Shown here: positions 12,289 through 24,900 of the stretch, in pieces | Position numbering within the stretch: position 1 is the stretch's first letter | How the letters are laid out: each line of letters begins with the position of its first letter | Assembly (NCBI GenBank): GCA_009914755.4 | Contig: CP068257.2 | Location: forward strand, 40,512,001 to 40,576,000 | Direction: 5' to 3' | DNA: 64,000 nucleotides | Source of the DNA: the human T2T-CHM13v2.0 reference genome, Homo sapiens | Position numbers and translations under genes: made by a program | The notes under the pieces: generated by a model | Seen by the model: only the letters and a program-made list of their open reading frames with translations | The model's database searches: none | Told to the model about the DNA's origin: nothing

Positions 12289-12730
12289 CAACATATCTGT
12301 TTTTGCAGGGGGTGAGGGGTTCACAATTCGACACATAGGTAACCCTGTATATTGACAATTTAAGAAAGAATCCATTCGGGCATCTTCCCTGAATGTCTGC
12401 CACCAACAAATAGTACATCAGCATGATAATTTTTGCATATTCAGTTTTCGGAACTCCTCCATGGCCTTTCTTTTCCTAGCTGGCCCACTTATTTCACATT
12501 CATGAGCATGTCCCTGTGCTAAAAGGCCAAGAAATTTCGAGGATAGTGTCCAGGGAGTGCTCAGTGTCCCAGCAGGAAGGGCCTGGAGCAATTACTGTAG
12601 CTGCTCAGCAGTGAGGAGACTGAGGCGGTGGCTGAGCTGGAACTCAAACCCCTGGAAGGGCCCTGTTTCCTCTGAACGCGGGTTCTTTTTTAATTTTTTA
12701 ATTTTTAAAATTAGTTAATTAATTAATTTA

Positions 12731-13026
12731 TTTTTGAGACAGAGTCTCGCTCTGTTGCCCAGGCTGGAGTGCAGTGGTGCGATCTCGGCTCACTGCAGCT
12801 TCTGCCTCCTGGGTTCAAGTGATTCTCCTCCCTCAGCCTCCTTGAGTAGCTGGGACTACAGGCGCGCACTACCAAGTCTGGCTATTTTTTTTTTTTTATA
12901 TTTTTTTAGTAGAGACAGGGGTTTTACCATGTTGGCCAGGATGGTCTTGATCTCCTGACCTTGTGATCCGCCCGCCTCAGCCTCCCAAGGTTCTGGGATT
13001 ATAGGCGTGAGCCACCTTGCCTGGCA
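12731..13026 (-). mobile_element. Alu SINE (antisense) with expanded internal T-rich linker (12886-12910), preceded by an AT-rich (TTAA/ATTT) tract
   Basis: tttttgagacagagtctcgctctgttgcccaggctggagtgcagtggtgcgatctcggctcactgcag ... ggattataggcgtgagccaccttgcctggc. Confidence 0.95.
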
Positions 13027-13175
13027 ATTTTTTATTTTACTTTAAGTTCTGGGATACATGTGCAGAACATGCAGGTTGTTACATAGGTGTACATGTGCCA
13101 CGGTGGTTTGCTGCACCCATCAACCCATCATCTAGGTTTTAAGCCTCACATGCCTTCTTCCCTTTCTCTCACTGG
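13027..13175 (-). mobile_element. Short L1 3'-end fragment (antisense)
   Basis: ttttactttaagttctgggatacatgtgcagaacatgcaggttgttacataggtgtacatgtgccacggtggtttgctgcacccatcaacccatcatctaggttttaagc is the characteristic L1 3' UTR terminus, also present at 57920-58050. Confidence 0.85.
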
Positions 13176-14774
13176 GTTATATCCCCCTTTACAAAAGCAG
13201 CCATTGCTGAATTTCAGCCGTCATTTAAATTTCCCCCGCATCGTGGACTGACATGTGGTCCAACGGTCACGATGCATACACAGCTCATGCCATACGCATG
13301 GAGCCTCCCTGAACAGGGAGATAGATGCCCTGTTTGGCAGGATGCCTCACCAGTGGCTGTGGGAAATTACCATCCACAGTTTTCAGGGCTTGCTCTCCAC
13401 TTCTAGCTAATCTGGCCATGGGGAGTAACCATTCCTGGACTTTGGTGTCAGTCAGTGGGCAGCACTGGCCTGTGGACCCCCTGTGGCCAGCCCTGAGCTA
13501 GTGGTTCAGTTCGGAGCACACAGCTGCAGGTCACAGAAACCTAGCTGGAGAGGTGGCAACTGAACAGGGATGGGTCTTTCCCAGGGCTGAGAGTCCAGGG
13601 CCATTCCGGGCTGCAAAGGGCCAGCAGGAGCGGGTCTCCTTGGTCTTTCTACTCTGCATCCTCAGGGCGGCACCCCCCCTTGTGCTGGCAAGGTGGCCCG
13701 TCACTCGAGGCCCAGGAGGAAGGTCCACTACAGAGCCCCTGGGGGCTGGATTTAGTGTCCATCGTGATTTAGGAGTTGTCTGGGGAAGTGGCCGGCCGGG
13801 ATCTGGGGGCCTCGGTTTCTTGGGGAGGGTGGAGTCACTTTGGCTGGAGGGTGGGAGGTGTTCCCTGTCCCTCTCTCTGGAGGAGGGATGGTGTGGTTCT
13901 AGCTGGCTTATGTTCAGCACCCCAGGGATCCGACAGTGCCATTGTTGGATGGCTTTGCTGATGGTGACGCTCCATGCTGTTCCCTGGGGGACACACAGCA
14001 GCGTCCACTCTGGGCAGACTGCCCGGAAATCAATACAGGGAATGAAAATGGGATCTCAGATGCTCCTGGTTGCACAGAAAGGCTGTTTCCAATGCAGACC
14101 TTCCTGATATGTGGGGATGAACACCCTGAGATGGAGGGGACTGGGTGGTGCAGGATGTGGCTGTGACCTGGCTATAGACGCCCTTGACAACGAATTATAC
14201 CCACACACGGTGGGCAGAGGGTCACATCTCCCCCTGGGCTCATAGGGGCCAGCCAGAGAGCCAGCAGGCAGCTGGCATCTTTCTCAGGCAGCACAGTTTT
14301 TAAAAAATTAAACTGAGATGAAATTCACGTAACCTCAAGCTAACTGTGTTAGAGTAAACGACTCAGTGGTGTTTAGTACATTGAGAGTGTTTTATAGCCA
14401 CCAACTCCATGTAGTTTCAAAACATTTTCCTCACCCTAAATGCAACTTCATACGCATGAGTCCCTCCCCATCCACCTTCCCCCTGTCTCTGAAAGTCACT
14501 CGTTTGCTTTCTGTTCAGTTCCGGGTAGTTCCTATGAACAGGGTCATGTTATTGGTGCCTCTTGGGCCTGGCTTCCTTCACTCAGTGCTTTCACTCAGCG
14601 TGACATCTTCAAGGTTCATTTACGTTGCAGTGGGTCAGCGCTTTACTCCTTTCACGGTTGGGTCATGTTCCATTGCACGGTGGGGCCACAATGTATGGAT
14701 TCATTCACCTGTTGGTGGACACTTCAGTTGTTGCCACCCTTTGGCTGGTGCTGTGAACAGGGGTGTACAAATAG

Positions 14775-15158
<384 letters not shown>

Positions 15159-15510
15159 TGCACTCTCTATTTTTTAATTGCTCCTCTGGGTCTGGGGATG
15201 GCTCATTCCTCTGTGTTGTGGAGCCTGTGTAGGCCCAACCCGTGTGTCCATGCAGGGAATCTGACTGGGCTCTCCCCCTCCCACCAGGAGGACCTGCTGG
15301 TCCCGCGCAGCCCCACCCTCATGGCCCAGGCCTCCCCAGGCTGCGCTGTCCTTACTGCAATGCTGTCCTGGGCTTGGACACCTTCCTCAGCTTTGGTAAC
15401 CCACAGGCACACGGGTGCACACATGGGCCTTGCATTCTCCGTGCTTCAGATCCATCAGCCCCGGATCCGGGTGGAGGGCTTGCTCTATCGCATTCCTCCC
15501 GTTTGTGCAG

Positions 15511-15723
15511 ATCTCTCACCTGTGCCTGTCTCCTCCCCGAGGTGAGCCTCCACATGCAGAAGCAGGCCTGGGTGCCGGTTATGTGGTCCTTATTGTGGTG
15601 GCCATCTTCGTGCTGGTGGCGGGAACAGCCACCCTTCTGATCGTGCGCTACCAGAGAATGAATGGGAGATACAACTTTAAAATCCAGTCCCACAACTTCA
15701 GCTACCAGGTGTTCTACGAATAG
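15511..15723 (+). CDS. Terminal coding exon of ZP-domain gene: linker, single transmembrane helix (GAGYVVLIVVAIFVLVAGTATLLIV) and cytoplasmic tail RYQRMNGRYNFKIQSHNFSYQVFYE, stop TAG 15721-15723
   Basis: Acceptor cattcctcccgtttgtgcag|ATC at 15510/15511 is the only in-frame phase-0 acceptor between the upstream in-frame stop (15397-15399) and the TM segment. It continues ORF 15415..15723. A 23-aa hydrophobic stretch followed by R/K/Q-rich residues is typical of a type-I membrane anchor. The 5' boundary is less certain than for the other exons. Confidence 0.6.
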   Translation: MSHLCLSPPRGEPPHAEAGLGAGYVVLIVVAIFVLVAGTATLLIVRYQRMNGRYNFKIQSHNFSYQVFYE

Positions 15724-15729
15724 GAGGCG

Positions 15730-15895
15730 CAGGCTGACAGGAAGGTGGGTGTGGAGTGGGGTGGGAGGTGCAGGCTGACAGGAGGGTGGGTGCGGAGTGG
15801 GGTGGGAGGTGTAGGCTGACAGGAAGGTGGGTGTGGAGTGGGGTAGGAGGTGCAGGCTGATAAGAAGGTGGGTGCGGAGTGGGGGCATCTGATGT
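15730..15895. repeat. 41-bp x4 tandem repeat starting 7 bp after the stop codon (presumed 3' UTR)
   Basis: caggctgacaggaaggtgggtgtggagtggggtgggaggtg is repeated four times with point differences. Confidence 0.9.
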
Positions 15896-16640
15896 GCATG
15901 TCCTGCCTTGCCATCCATGGTGATGGGGACGGCCAGCAGGATTCAGCCAAGGGTAGATATGTGTGTGTCTGTGTTTTGTGGCCCTTTACGGAGCGTGCAG
16001 CCTCCCTTCTGAAAAAGCAACCAGGAGCAGGCAGAGAGGGGAAACTACAGGTAGGTTGGTGAAGGTTCGATTGCTTCACACACCCACTGGACTGGCTCCA
16101 CGATACCAGCGGCAGTGCTATATGGGTGACCACAGGACCCAGGGGCCCACCACAAATCCCATCTCTGCCACCCACTCTCTTGACCACCCGGGCAAGGTCC
16201 TGAGCCTCTTGGTGCCTCGGTTTCATCATTTGTAAAAGAAACCATGGTAACATTTCCGGCCACGTGGAGGGTGTGAGATTTAAATGGGAAGATGCCCAAG
16301 AGGCCCCGCTATGGGGTCTGACACCCTCAATTGCTGGTGGATCCTAACGATGGACCTCGGCCGAGTGTCCCTGAAACCTGGTGCTCGTAGGGATTGTCAC
16401 GTGTGGTGTGGATGCCACAGTGGACCCCCCACACCTTGCTGCTCATGCCCGCAGCCCCGACTTATGTATGACCTTTTGAGGCTGAAGATGCTTCTCTGAT
16501 CTGCCCTGTGGACTTTTGTTTTTCCTGGGCCTGCACATAGTTCACCACAAATGAATGACAAGCATTATGGAGGGCAGTATGGTTAGTATAAACCTTCAGT
16601 GGGAAACACCAAGACTGGGACTTTTGTAAAGATTTTCAGA

Positions 16641-16936
16641 TTTTTTTTTTTTTTGAGATGGAGTTTTGCTCTTGTTGCCCAGGTTGGAGTGCAGTGGTGC
16701 GATCTTGGCTCACCACAACCTCCACCTCCCAGGTTAAAGCGATTCTCCTGTCTCAGCCTCCTGAGTAGCTGGGATTACAGGCATGCGCCACCACACCCAG
16801 CTAGTTTTGTATTTTTAGTAGATACAGGGTTTCTCCATGTTGGTCAGGCTGGTCTCCAACTCCTGACCTCAGGTGATCCACCCGTCTCGGCCTCTCAAAG
16901 TGCTGGGATTACAGGCGTGAGCCACCGTGCCCGGCC
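16641..16936 (-). mobile_element. Alu SINE (antisense, full length)
   Basis: tttttttttttttgagatggagttttgctcttgttgcccaggttggagtgcagtggtgcgatcttggctcaccacaac ... gattacaggcgtgagccaccgtgcccggcc. Confidence 0.95.
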
Positions 16937-16955
16937 AAATTTTGAGATTTTTCTA

Positions 16956-17438
<483 letters not shown>

Positions 17439-17624
17439 TTAATCAACCAGATCTTATGAGAGCTCTATCGTGAGACAGCACCAAGAGGATGGTGCTAAAT
17501 CATTTATGAAGGATCCGCCCCATGATCCAACCACCTCCCACCAGGCCCCACCTTTAATATGGGGATCACATTGAACATGAAATTTGGGTGGGGACACAGA
17601 CCCACACCATATCAACTGCCCACC

Positions 17625-18290
17625 CTCTCAGCCAACAGGAGAACAAGGAAAGACGAGAGGCCAATTTTCCCTCGATGTTTTAATTTCAAGGAGGGGGACA
17701 TCCAGCATGACCCAGCACCGACCCACCAGATGTCCTTAGAAAGCTAGTGGGATAGTGTTGGCCTCATCGCTGGGATTCGCATCTTAAATATTAAGTAAAA
17801 GGCACTGACATTTCCTCGTAACTCTATCTAGGGAGGTGACTGGTCTCTAGCACTGGTCCCGTCTATGCTGTAAGGGTCCTGAGACCCCAGAATACTGCGC
17901 ATGTTAGTTACCAGGAGTCCTGGCAGGAGAGACGGGAAAGACAAAGCTAACACAAGCGTCCCCCTCACATGGGCAGAATCACTTCCACAAGCGGGTGGCG
18001 TTTTCTTTGAAGTTGCCCAGCAAGGGCAGCATGGAGGTTGCCTTTTGGAAACGTGTGCTGTAGTCTGGGCTTTGCTGGTGACCTGGGAGGATTGGCTTGA
18101 GTTCTCTGGGCCCCATTTCCTCATTTTAAGATTGGAGCCAGTGTCTACTACACTTTGCTGAGTTGTTTCAAAAATCTGTTATCTCAAGAAAATAAGGACC
18201 TGAGCACAGGAAAGATGGGCTGGGCTGGAGAAGCTGCCTGCCCGACGAAGAGGGGGTGGGCTGATGTTGACAATGTCTGTTGTTTCCCAA
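17625..18290 (+). repeat. Left arm of a large inverted repeat (palindromic segmental duplication); partner at 19028-19695
   Basis: The reverse complement of 19028-19695 aligns to this arm at high identity (my by-eye estimate is about 95%). An example is agtgtctactacactttgctgagttgtttcaaaaatctgttatctcaagaaaataaggacctgagcacagg on both arms. The six-frame track independently shows matched ORF pairs: 17828..18124(-) versus 19196..19492(+) differ at 7 of 98 aa, and 17901..18161(+) versus 19159..19419(-) differ at 4 of 86 aa. Confidence 0.9.
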
Positions 18291-18337
18291 CATCCCCGTG
18301 AGGTTGTGCTGTTATTAGCATCCTGTGTTATAGATGG

Positions 18338-18520
18338 GAATCCAGGGCAGAAAGGGATAGACGTCCCAGGTCACGTGGCTAGGAGGTCCAGGGCAAGAAG
18401 GGATAGGTGTCCCAGGTCACGTGGCTAGGAGGTCCAGGGCAGGAAGGGATGTGTCCCAGGTCACGTGGTTGGGAGGTCCAGGGCAGGAAGGGATAGGCCT
18501 CCCAGGTCACATGGCTGGGA
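18338..18520. repeat. Roughly 46-bp x4 tandem repeat in the palindrome spacer, each unit carrying the E-box-like motif GGTCACGTGGCT
   Basis: tccagggcagaaagggatagacgtcccaggtcacgtggctaggagg is repeated. Three units have CACGTG and one has CACATG. Confidence 0.85.
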
Positions 18521-19027
18521 GGTGGCCGAGCTGGGGCTGCATGGGATTTCCGTTTGGCTCTGGGGTCAGCTCTCTTAGCTACCAAGCTTAGAGCCTTTCT
18601 TACACTAGTGTTCACATGACTGATGGACCCTTAGAACAATGCCCCTTGCCTTTCCCCTTCATCAGAGACCCGGAGAATTTGTATTTTAGCAGCTGTGCAA
18701 GGGGATCCACAATTCTTAATTCTTGCAGTGGGGACACCAGGTGTCCCAGTTGAGAGGCAGCAACTGTTGTGGTTACAGGGAAGGAGCCTTCCCAGGACCC
18801 CTGAGCCTCCCCGGGAGGCAGGTGCTGCTGCTCAATTGTGGTCTGGGTCCTCAGCCACCTCCGGGGATCCCAAAGGGGCAGGGAACAACAGCGAAGTTTC
18901 AGTTCAACTTTACACTCTAATAGTGAAAAATAAGGAAGCTTCCTCAGTTTGGTAGCTTTTGGCCTCTGGTTTGGGGCCCATGGGGTTTGGGCCATGAAGA
19001 CCCCCTCCTCACCAACCCCATTGCCTC

Positions 19028-19695
19028 CCATCCTGGGCAGGAGACATTGTCAATACCAGCCCGCCCCCTCTTCGTCAGGCAGGCAGCTTCCCCAGCCAAG
19101 CCCGTCTTCCCTGTGCTCAGGTCCTTATTTTCTTGAGATAACAGATTTTTGAAACAACTCAGCAAAGTATAGTAGACACTGGCTCCAATCTTAAAATGAG
19201 GAAATGGGGCCCAGAGAACTCAAGCCAATCCTCCCAGGTCACCAGCAAAGCCCAGACTACAGCACACGTTTCCAAAAGGCAACCTCCATGCTGCCCTTGC
19301 TGGGCAACTTCAGAGAAAACACCACCCGCCTGTGGATGTGATTCTGCCCATGTGAGGGGGATGCTTGTGTTAGCTTTGTCTTTCCCGTCTCTCCTGCCAG
19401 GACTCCTGGTAACTAACATACGCAGTATTCTGGGGTCTCAGGACCCTTACAGCATAGACAGGGCCAGTGCTAGAGGCCAGTCACCTCCCTAGATAGAGTT
19501 ACGAGGAAATGTCAGTGCCTTTTACTTAATATTTAAGATGCGAATCCCAGCGATGAGGCCAACACTATCCCGCTAGCTTTCTAAGGAAATCTGGTGTATT
19601 GGTGCTGGGTCATGCTGGATGTCCCTTTCCTCGAAATTAAAACATCCGAGGGAAAACTGGCCTCTTGTCTTTCTTTGTTCTCCCGGGGCTCCTGT
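19028..19695 (-). repeat. Right arm of the inverted repeat (reverse-complement copy of 17625-18290)
   Basis: See the left-arm entry. Arm similarity ends near 17625 and 19695; the flanks beyond do not match. Confidence 0.9.
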
Positions 19696-21566
19696 CTTTC
19701 GAAGTGAGAACTGTCTCACCAGTTCTAAAGTTCCTGCAGACATCTGCTCTTTGAAAACCATCAGCCAACCCACCCACCCCCACCAGGTCGACCCTTGGGC
19801 AGCCCCACTCAGAGATGTTCCCAGAGTCCTGGTGGGTTCTCCACGGATGGTGCAAAGGTGCAGGGGCCCCAGCTGTGCTCGTCTGGCTCAGGTATCTTCA
19901 CCAGCCACCCCCACCAGTTGGCGTGTCAGGAGCATCGCTCACCTGAGGGCAGGCACAGCCCCATGGTCCCCGTTCCACTGGGCACTCTGGGAGTGGCTGC
20001 CTTTTCATTAGGGGCTTGATCTGTCCCTCTCCAGTAAACATAGACGCCATGTCCTCGGGTTGGTGTTTCCTCCACTACCCCTCCTCCTGGGGTTTTCTGT
20101 ATTAACTTTACCTTTCCTGCGTGCAAGCTGACCCAGGTGACCTCTTCCTCCACACAGGTCGCCGTGAGTCAAGCTGCCTCCAGAACCTCAGAGCTTCCCT
20201 GGTGGGCTCCCCCGGGATCCCCAGTGTCTCTCTGCACCTCCACCCATCCCTCGGTTCTTAACTCTTCAAGCCTTAACGGAGGTCTGCTCTGACGGGTGGG
20301 CTCTGCCAGAGCCCGGGTGAGCCCAGAAAGGAAGACAGCAGCCACCGTCTGTCCCGAAGAGGCAGGCCGTCCTGTAGGTCCTAGAGGAGCCACAGCCCAG
20401 GGGCAGATGAAGGGGCTGCGGAAGACGGGGGCAGTCCTGGGGGTGCTGCGGCTACACCACCACCCGCGCGGCCCCCGCAGCCCAGACCTCCCAGGCCTGT
20501 GACCCTCCACACCAGCCCTCAGAACCCTCCTGGGCTTGCCCTCCCTTGGCGTCCGTCACCCTTTGGCAAATATAGAATATTTCACATTCTCAGAGAGACC
20601 CGACCGCGCTCTTGATGCTCTTTCGAAAATAGGTCAGTCTTAGAAATATACTGCTAATGTTATTTTTAGTGGATGTTTATGCTGTTTGACTTTTCTCCTG
20701 TGTACCAAGGTATTGCTTTTATTTACACGACAGCGACTCAAAAGGCACTCGATTAATGTGACAACCTTTTCAATAAGCAGAAATAACGTAGGTACACATC
20801 ACTCTTTACATTTTTCTAAGCATTTTCACAGCCGTTTCTTCATATAATCCAACCACAGTGGGAGGTGTGATTTACCCATTACACAATGAGAAACCAGAGG
20901 AGCCGATGAGTTACTTAATTGAGGTCACAGAATGAATTAGCAAGAAAATGGTTCTAAAATCTAAGTATTTTAGTCTAGAATTTTCTCCATTACATCATCC
21001 TAAGAGATAATGCTCTGTACTTCATTTGAAATAAACTGGAATTGTATTAGATAGCTCACACCTGAAAGTAGAGTGTTTTTCCTCAGTGAACTTAGAATTA
21101 TAACATGGCCTTAGTTTTCAACCCATGATACTAATTTTGTTGAATATAATTAATTGTCATTCATACAGAACATTTGGGGAAAGGAGTATTTTGATTTACT
21201 GGATATTCTCAGAGTCAGTAAAGAATGACAGTGGGTAATATGTGTGGATCACAGATTCTGATCAAGTAGAATCAATCGCATAAGACACTGAAATGTGGCT
21301 GGTTGTGCTGGATGCTCCATTTGGGATGGTCCATCACAGGCTCGCTGAGCATCCAACGAGGGCCGGTGCTGTGTTGGGCACGCTGGGGAGGCCAGAAACG
21401 CATCTCTGGTTCTTCCCAAGTCATGTCCCGCTGTTCTGATGTCAGCTGAGGAGCTTTCACTTGCCTTTCTTGGAAGAGCATGACACATATTCAGTAAAAC
21501 CAGCTGTTGAGCCCCATGACTGTGTGGCTCTTTGGATTTCAGATAAAGTCATTGACATATATTTAA

Positions 21567-21902
<336 letters not shown>

Positions 21903-22212
21903 TCATGTAATCTTAATACATGTGCCACGTCTGTTCATTTGTGTTTTCTGTAATAATGAAAACTTGGTTTCCTGTCATCCTACCTCCCCCATCCAAGTCT
22001 ATTCTTCGACAAACACTTCCTGAGCACTCACAGTGCTCCAGGCCCTGAGCTTAGCGCTCTGGGCGAAGTGATGAGAGGGACAGACCAAGCCCTGCCCTCA
22101 CAGAGCACACGGTCTTGTGGGGGAGGGAGACGCTGAAGTCAGATGATGACAGCCATGGTAAGTACTGAGAGTGATGATTGCATGTGTGCTGTGAGATGCC
22201 CCTGACCTGGTC

Positions 22213-22616
22213 CCTTCATCCACCCATCTAACCATCTAACCATCTACCCATCCATTCACCCACCGACCCAACCACCCATTTGTCCACCTGTTCACACATC
22301 CGCTCGTCTGTCCATCCATCCACCCACCCACCCATCCACCCATTCACCCATCCATCTGTCTGTTCATCCATCCAACCATCCATTCATCTATTCAACCATC
22401 CATCCATTCATCCACTCAACCATTTATCGATCCATTCATCCAACCACTCACCCATGCATTCACCCACTCATCCACCCCTCCATCCATCCATCCACCTCCA
22501 TCCACCCATCCACCCAACCATCTGACTGACCATCCACTCAACCATCCATCCATCCATCCATCCATCCACCCACCCATCCATCCACCCATCCATCCATCCA
22601 TCCATCCATCCAACCA
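22213..22616. repeat. (CCAT/CCAC/CATC)n degenerate tetranucleotide array, same motif and strand as 10192-10742
   Basis: catccacccatctaaccatctaaccatctacccatccattcacccacc...catccatccatccatccaaccaagg. Confidence 0.95.
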
Positions 22617-23567
22617 AGGAATGTGTATTGAGTCCCAGTTTATATACTGACATGAGGAAGACAAGAAAAATGAGGCAGAGTTTTTGCCCTCAAGTATTCA
22701 CAATCCATCTGAAGAAAAACCCCTGTGGATACTATAATACGTGCAGTAAATACAGGGAGGCCTCTGGTGGAAGGAAGAGAGAGAAACAGAAAAATGCACG
22801 TCTATGCATATGGACTTGTGCACCTGTTCCCATTACTTCATTGGAAGGGCTTTGGGATGCTGCTGTGTCATGACTGCTGTTTAAGAATATTATCAGCATG
22901 CATATTGCTTGCAGCTTAAACCCTCCGATCCTAGACTGTTTCCACTGGCATGGCTTAAGGGATTAAATCCAAAGTGTATGGAAACAGAAGGAGGAAGGGA
23001 GGGCCCCTGGGTGACCCTTGGATGTCTGTAGAAGTTGTTCACTGCTCTCCAGTGCAGATGTCACCCCAGGGTTGTGCAGTGCACAACCTGTAAGGCCAGA
23101 CTTCAGGGCCTTGGAGACTTCCCAGAAGATCTCTTAACAGACTGAGTGGGCAACTCAAATCCTCCTGTCTGTGGAAGCGGGGAAACTGACATAGACATAT
23201 TCTATACAAGCCTCATTATAAGCCCTCCACAAATGATTGTTCTCACTGCGCAGTTGAGGAAATGGAGACAGCAACTTTTCTGAAGCCAAACAGCTGGCCA
23301 GTGAAGGAACTGCAATTCAAACCAAGCTCATTGGGTGTAAAGTTCATGCCACCCTCTGCTTTCTGTGGGGGATGGGAAGGAGGGTCTTTGCAGGCTTTAG
23401 AACTCAGAGTACCTCTGAGATGTGGGAAGAGGGCTTAGGGGTTCCCCAAGGCCAGTGGGCCTTGGGCTCCTGGGGTTCTGGGTCCCTGGAGGTTCTCATG
23501 TTCAGACACTATTGGGATCTCAATCTTCCTGGCCCAGGATCCCAAGCTGTGAATCACTGGAAAGTGG

Positions 23568-23682
23568 AAGATCTGATGGAGGTGGAGGGTCTGATGGAAG
23601 AGAATCTGATGGAGGAGGGTCTGATGGAGGTGAAGGCTCTGATGGAGGAGGGTCTGATGGCGGGGGAGGGTCTGATGGAACT
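23568..23682. repeat. 15-18-bp minisatellite (GGTCTGATGGAGGAG)n, about 7 units
   Basis: gatctgatggaggtggagggtctgatggaagagaatctgatggaggagggtctgatggaggtgaaggctctgatggaggagggtctgatggcggggg. Confidence 0.85.
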
Positions 23683-24469
23683 GGAGAATTACTGGGGCTT
23701 TCCATGGGCCCTCTGGCCCAGGTTGCATCTCTCCATGCTGGCCACTAGATGGCGACATTAGCTGGAGTCCACGCTGGAAACCGAATGTCCCCTGAGTTTC
23801 CGCAGCAACCACATCCCTGGGTTCTCTTGTTTGTTCTCTTTCACTGGATTTGAGCCTCTTGCGTGTCTGAAATTGTTCTGCAGACCTGCAGGCTCCGGGG
23901 CACATGTGTGCAAAGGTGGTGCCCTGGAGGCCCTGTAAATAGCTCAGAAAGTGAGGCTGGTCTTCTTCAGAGACTGAGTGATTGCGAAGTGCAGGACAAA
24001 TGAGTCTATGTGGGGGCCACAGCACGGATGTCCACCCTCCCATCTGGATTTCCCAAGAATGGGAGACATCTTTTCCCTCCCTTCCCGTTTCTGGGAGGAC
24101 AGGGGCAGATGGACAGGCGAGTAAGACAGGTGGCAGGGAGCCAGCAGCCCTAGGAGCTGGTGCTGGGGAGGCCCAGGTGAGATCCCTGTGGCTCAGAAGA
24201 GGACCTCTGCATGTGGAAGGGACGCCCGCAATGCCCAGTGACACCTCTCTCTATTGTGGAGGGTGACGGAGTCTGCTGAGGTAGCCACATAAGCACCTAA
24301 ACCAGAAGTGAGTATCTAAAACGGCCTTGCATGCCATAAGTCATCAGATAAGAGGGGCTGGACAGGGGCTCCCCAAGCCTGTCCTCAGCTGTGACCAGGT
24401 GGCTAGCAACCCTCTTTAGTTTGAGCACCTGCTTTGTCCCAGAGAGGGAGTATTAAATGTCCGCTGTTC

Positions 24470-24900
24470 ACCCCCCACGCCCCATCTCTGTCCCTCCTGG
24501 GGAGGAAGGCTGTGGTGGGAGTCAACCCTCGCATCCCATCTCTGTCCCTCTTGGGGAGGAGGGCTGTGGTGGGAGTCAACCCTCGCATCCCATCTCTGTC
24601 CCTCTTGGGGAGGAGGGCTGTGGTGGGAGTCACCCCCCGCACTGTGTCTCTGTCCCTCCTGGGGAGGAGGGCTGAGGTTGGAGTCACCCCCTGCACCCTG
24701 TGTCTGTCCCTCCTGGGGAGGAGGGCTGCAGTGGGAGTCAATCCCCGCACCCCGTCTCTGTCCCTCCTGGGGAGGAGGGCTGTGGTGGGAGTCACCCCCC
24801 GCACCCTGTCTCTGTCCCTCCTGGGGAGGAGGGGTGCAGTGGGAGTCAATCCCCGCATCCCGTCTCTGTCCCTCCTGGGGAGGAGGGGTGCAGTGGGAGT
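24470..24900. repeat. Roughly 54-57-bp minisatellite (VNTR), about 8 units of cccatctctgtccctc[c/t]tggggaggagggctgtggtgggagtcaaccctcgcat
   Basis: Unit starts at 24481, 24535 and 24589 (54-bp period), then degenerate copies continue to about 24900. This produces the repetitive ORFs 24403(-), 24434(+) and 24457(+). Confidence 0.9.

Noticed and set aside
13553-14166. 184-aa and 76-aa plus-strand ORFs with several cysteines inside the last intron, considered as a possible missing CFCS/EHP exon
   Set aside because: The only nearby acceptor (ttcagcaccccag|GG at 13926/13927) enters a frame incompatible with phase 0 from exon 4, or hits a stop after 11 codons. There is no RXXR motif and no similarity to ZP C-terminal regions.
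15511-15558. Donor-like CCCCGAG|GTGAGC at 15541/15542 inside the predicted last exon, and acceptor-like CACATGCAG|AAG at 15558
   Set aside because: Using both would require a 17-nt intron, which is impossible. Using the 15558 acceptor alone breaks the phase from exon 4. I kept the single phase-0 acceptor at 15510/15511, but flagged the exon's 5' boundary as the least certain.
17828-19492. Two pairs of near-identical 86-98-aa ORFs on opposite strands (MLVTRSPGRRDGKDKANTS... and MRKWGPENSSQSSQ...)
   Set aside because: Their similarity just reflects the inverted-repeat arms being at high identity (about 95% by eye). Each ORF overlaps another ORF on the opposite strand, and there is no codon bias or splice context. 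They are useful only as evidence for the palindrome.
20169-20510. GC- and CpG-enriched stretch (…cgcgcggcccccgcagcc…) considered as a possible CpG-island promoter
   Set aside because: It is short, and CpG density is only locally elevated. There is no adjacent exon or first-ATG context. I am not confident enough to annotate it as regulatory.
23435-24244. 269-aa minus-strand ORF
   Set aside because: Low-complexity composition. It runs through the 15-18-bp minisatellite (23568-23682), has no recognisable domain, and a plus-strand ORF overlaps it. Most likely a non-coding chance ORF in GC-rich DNA.
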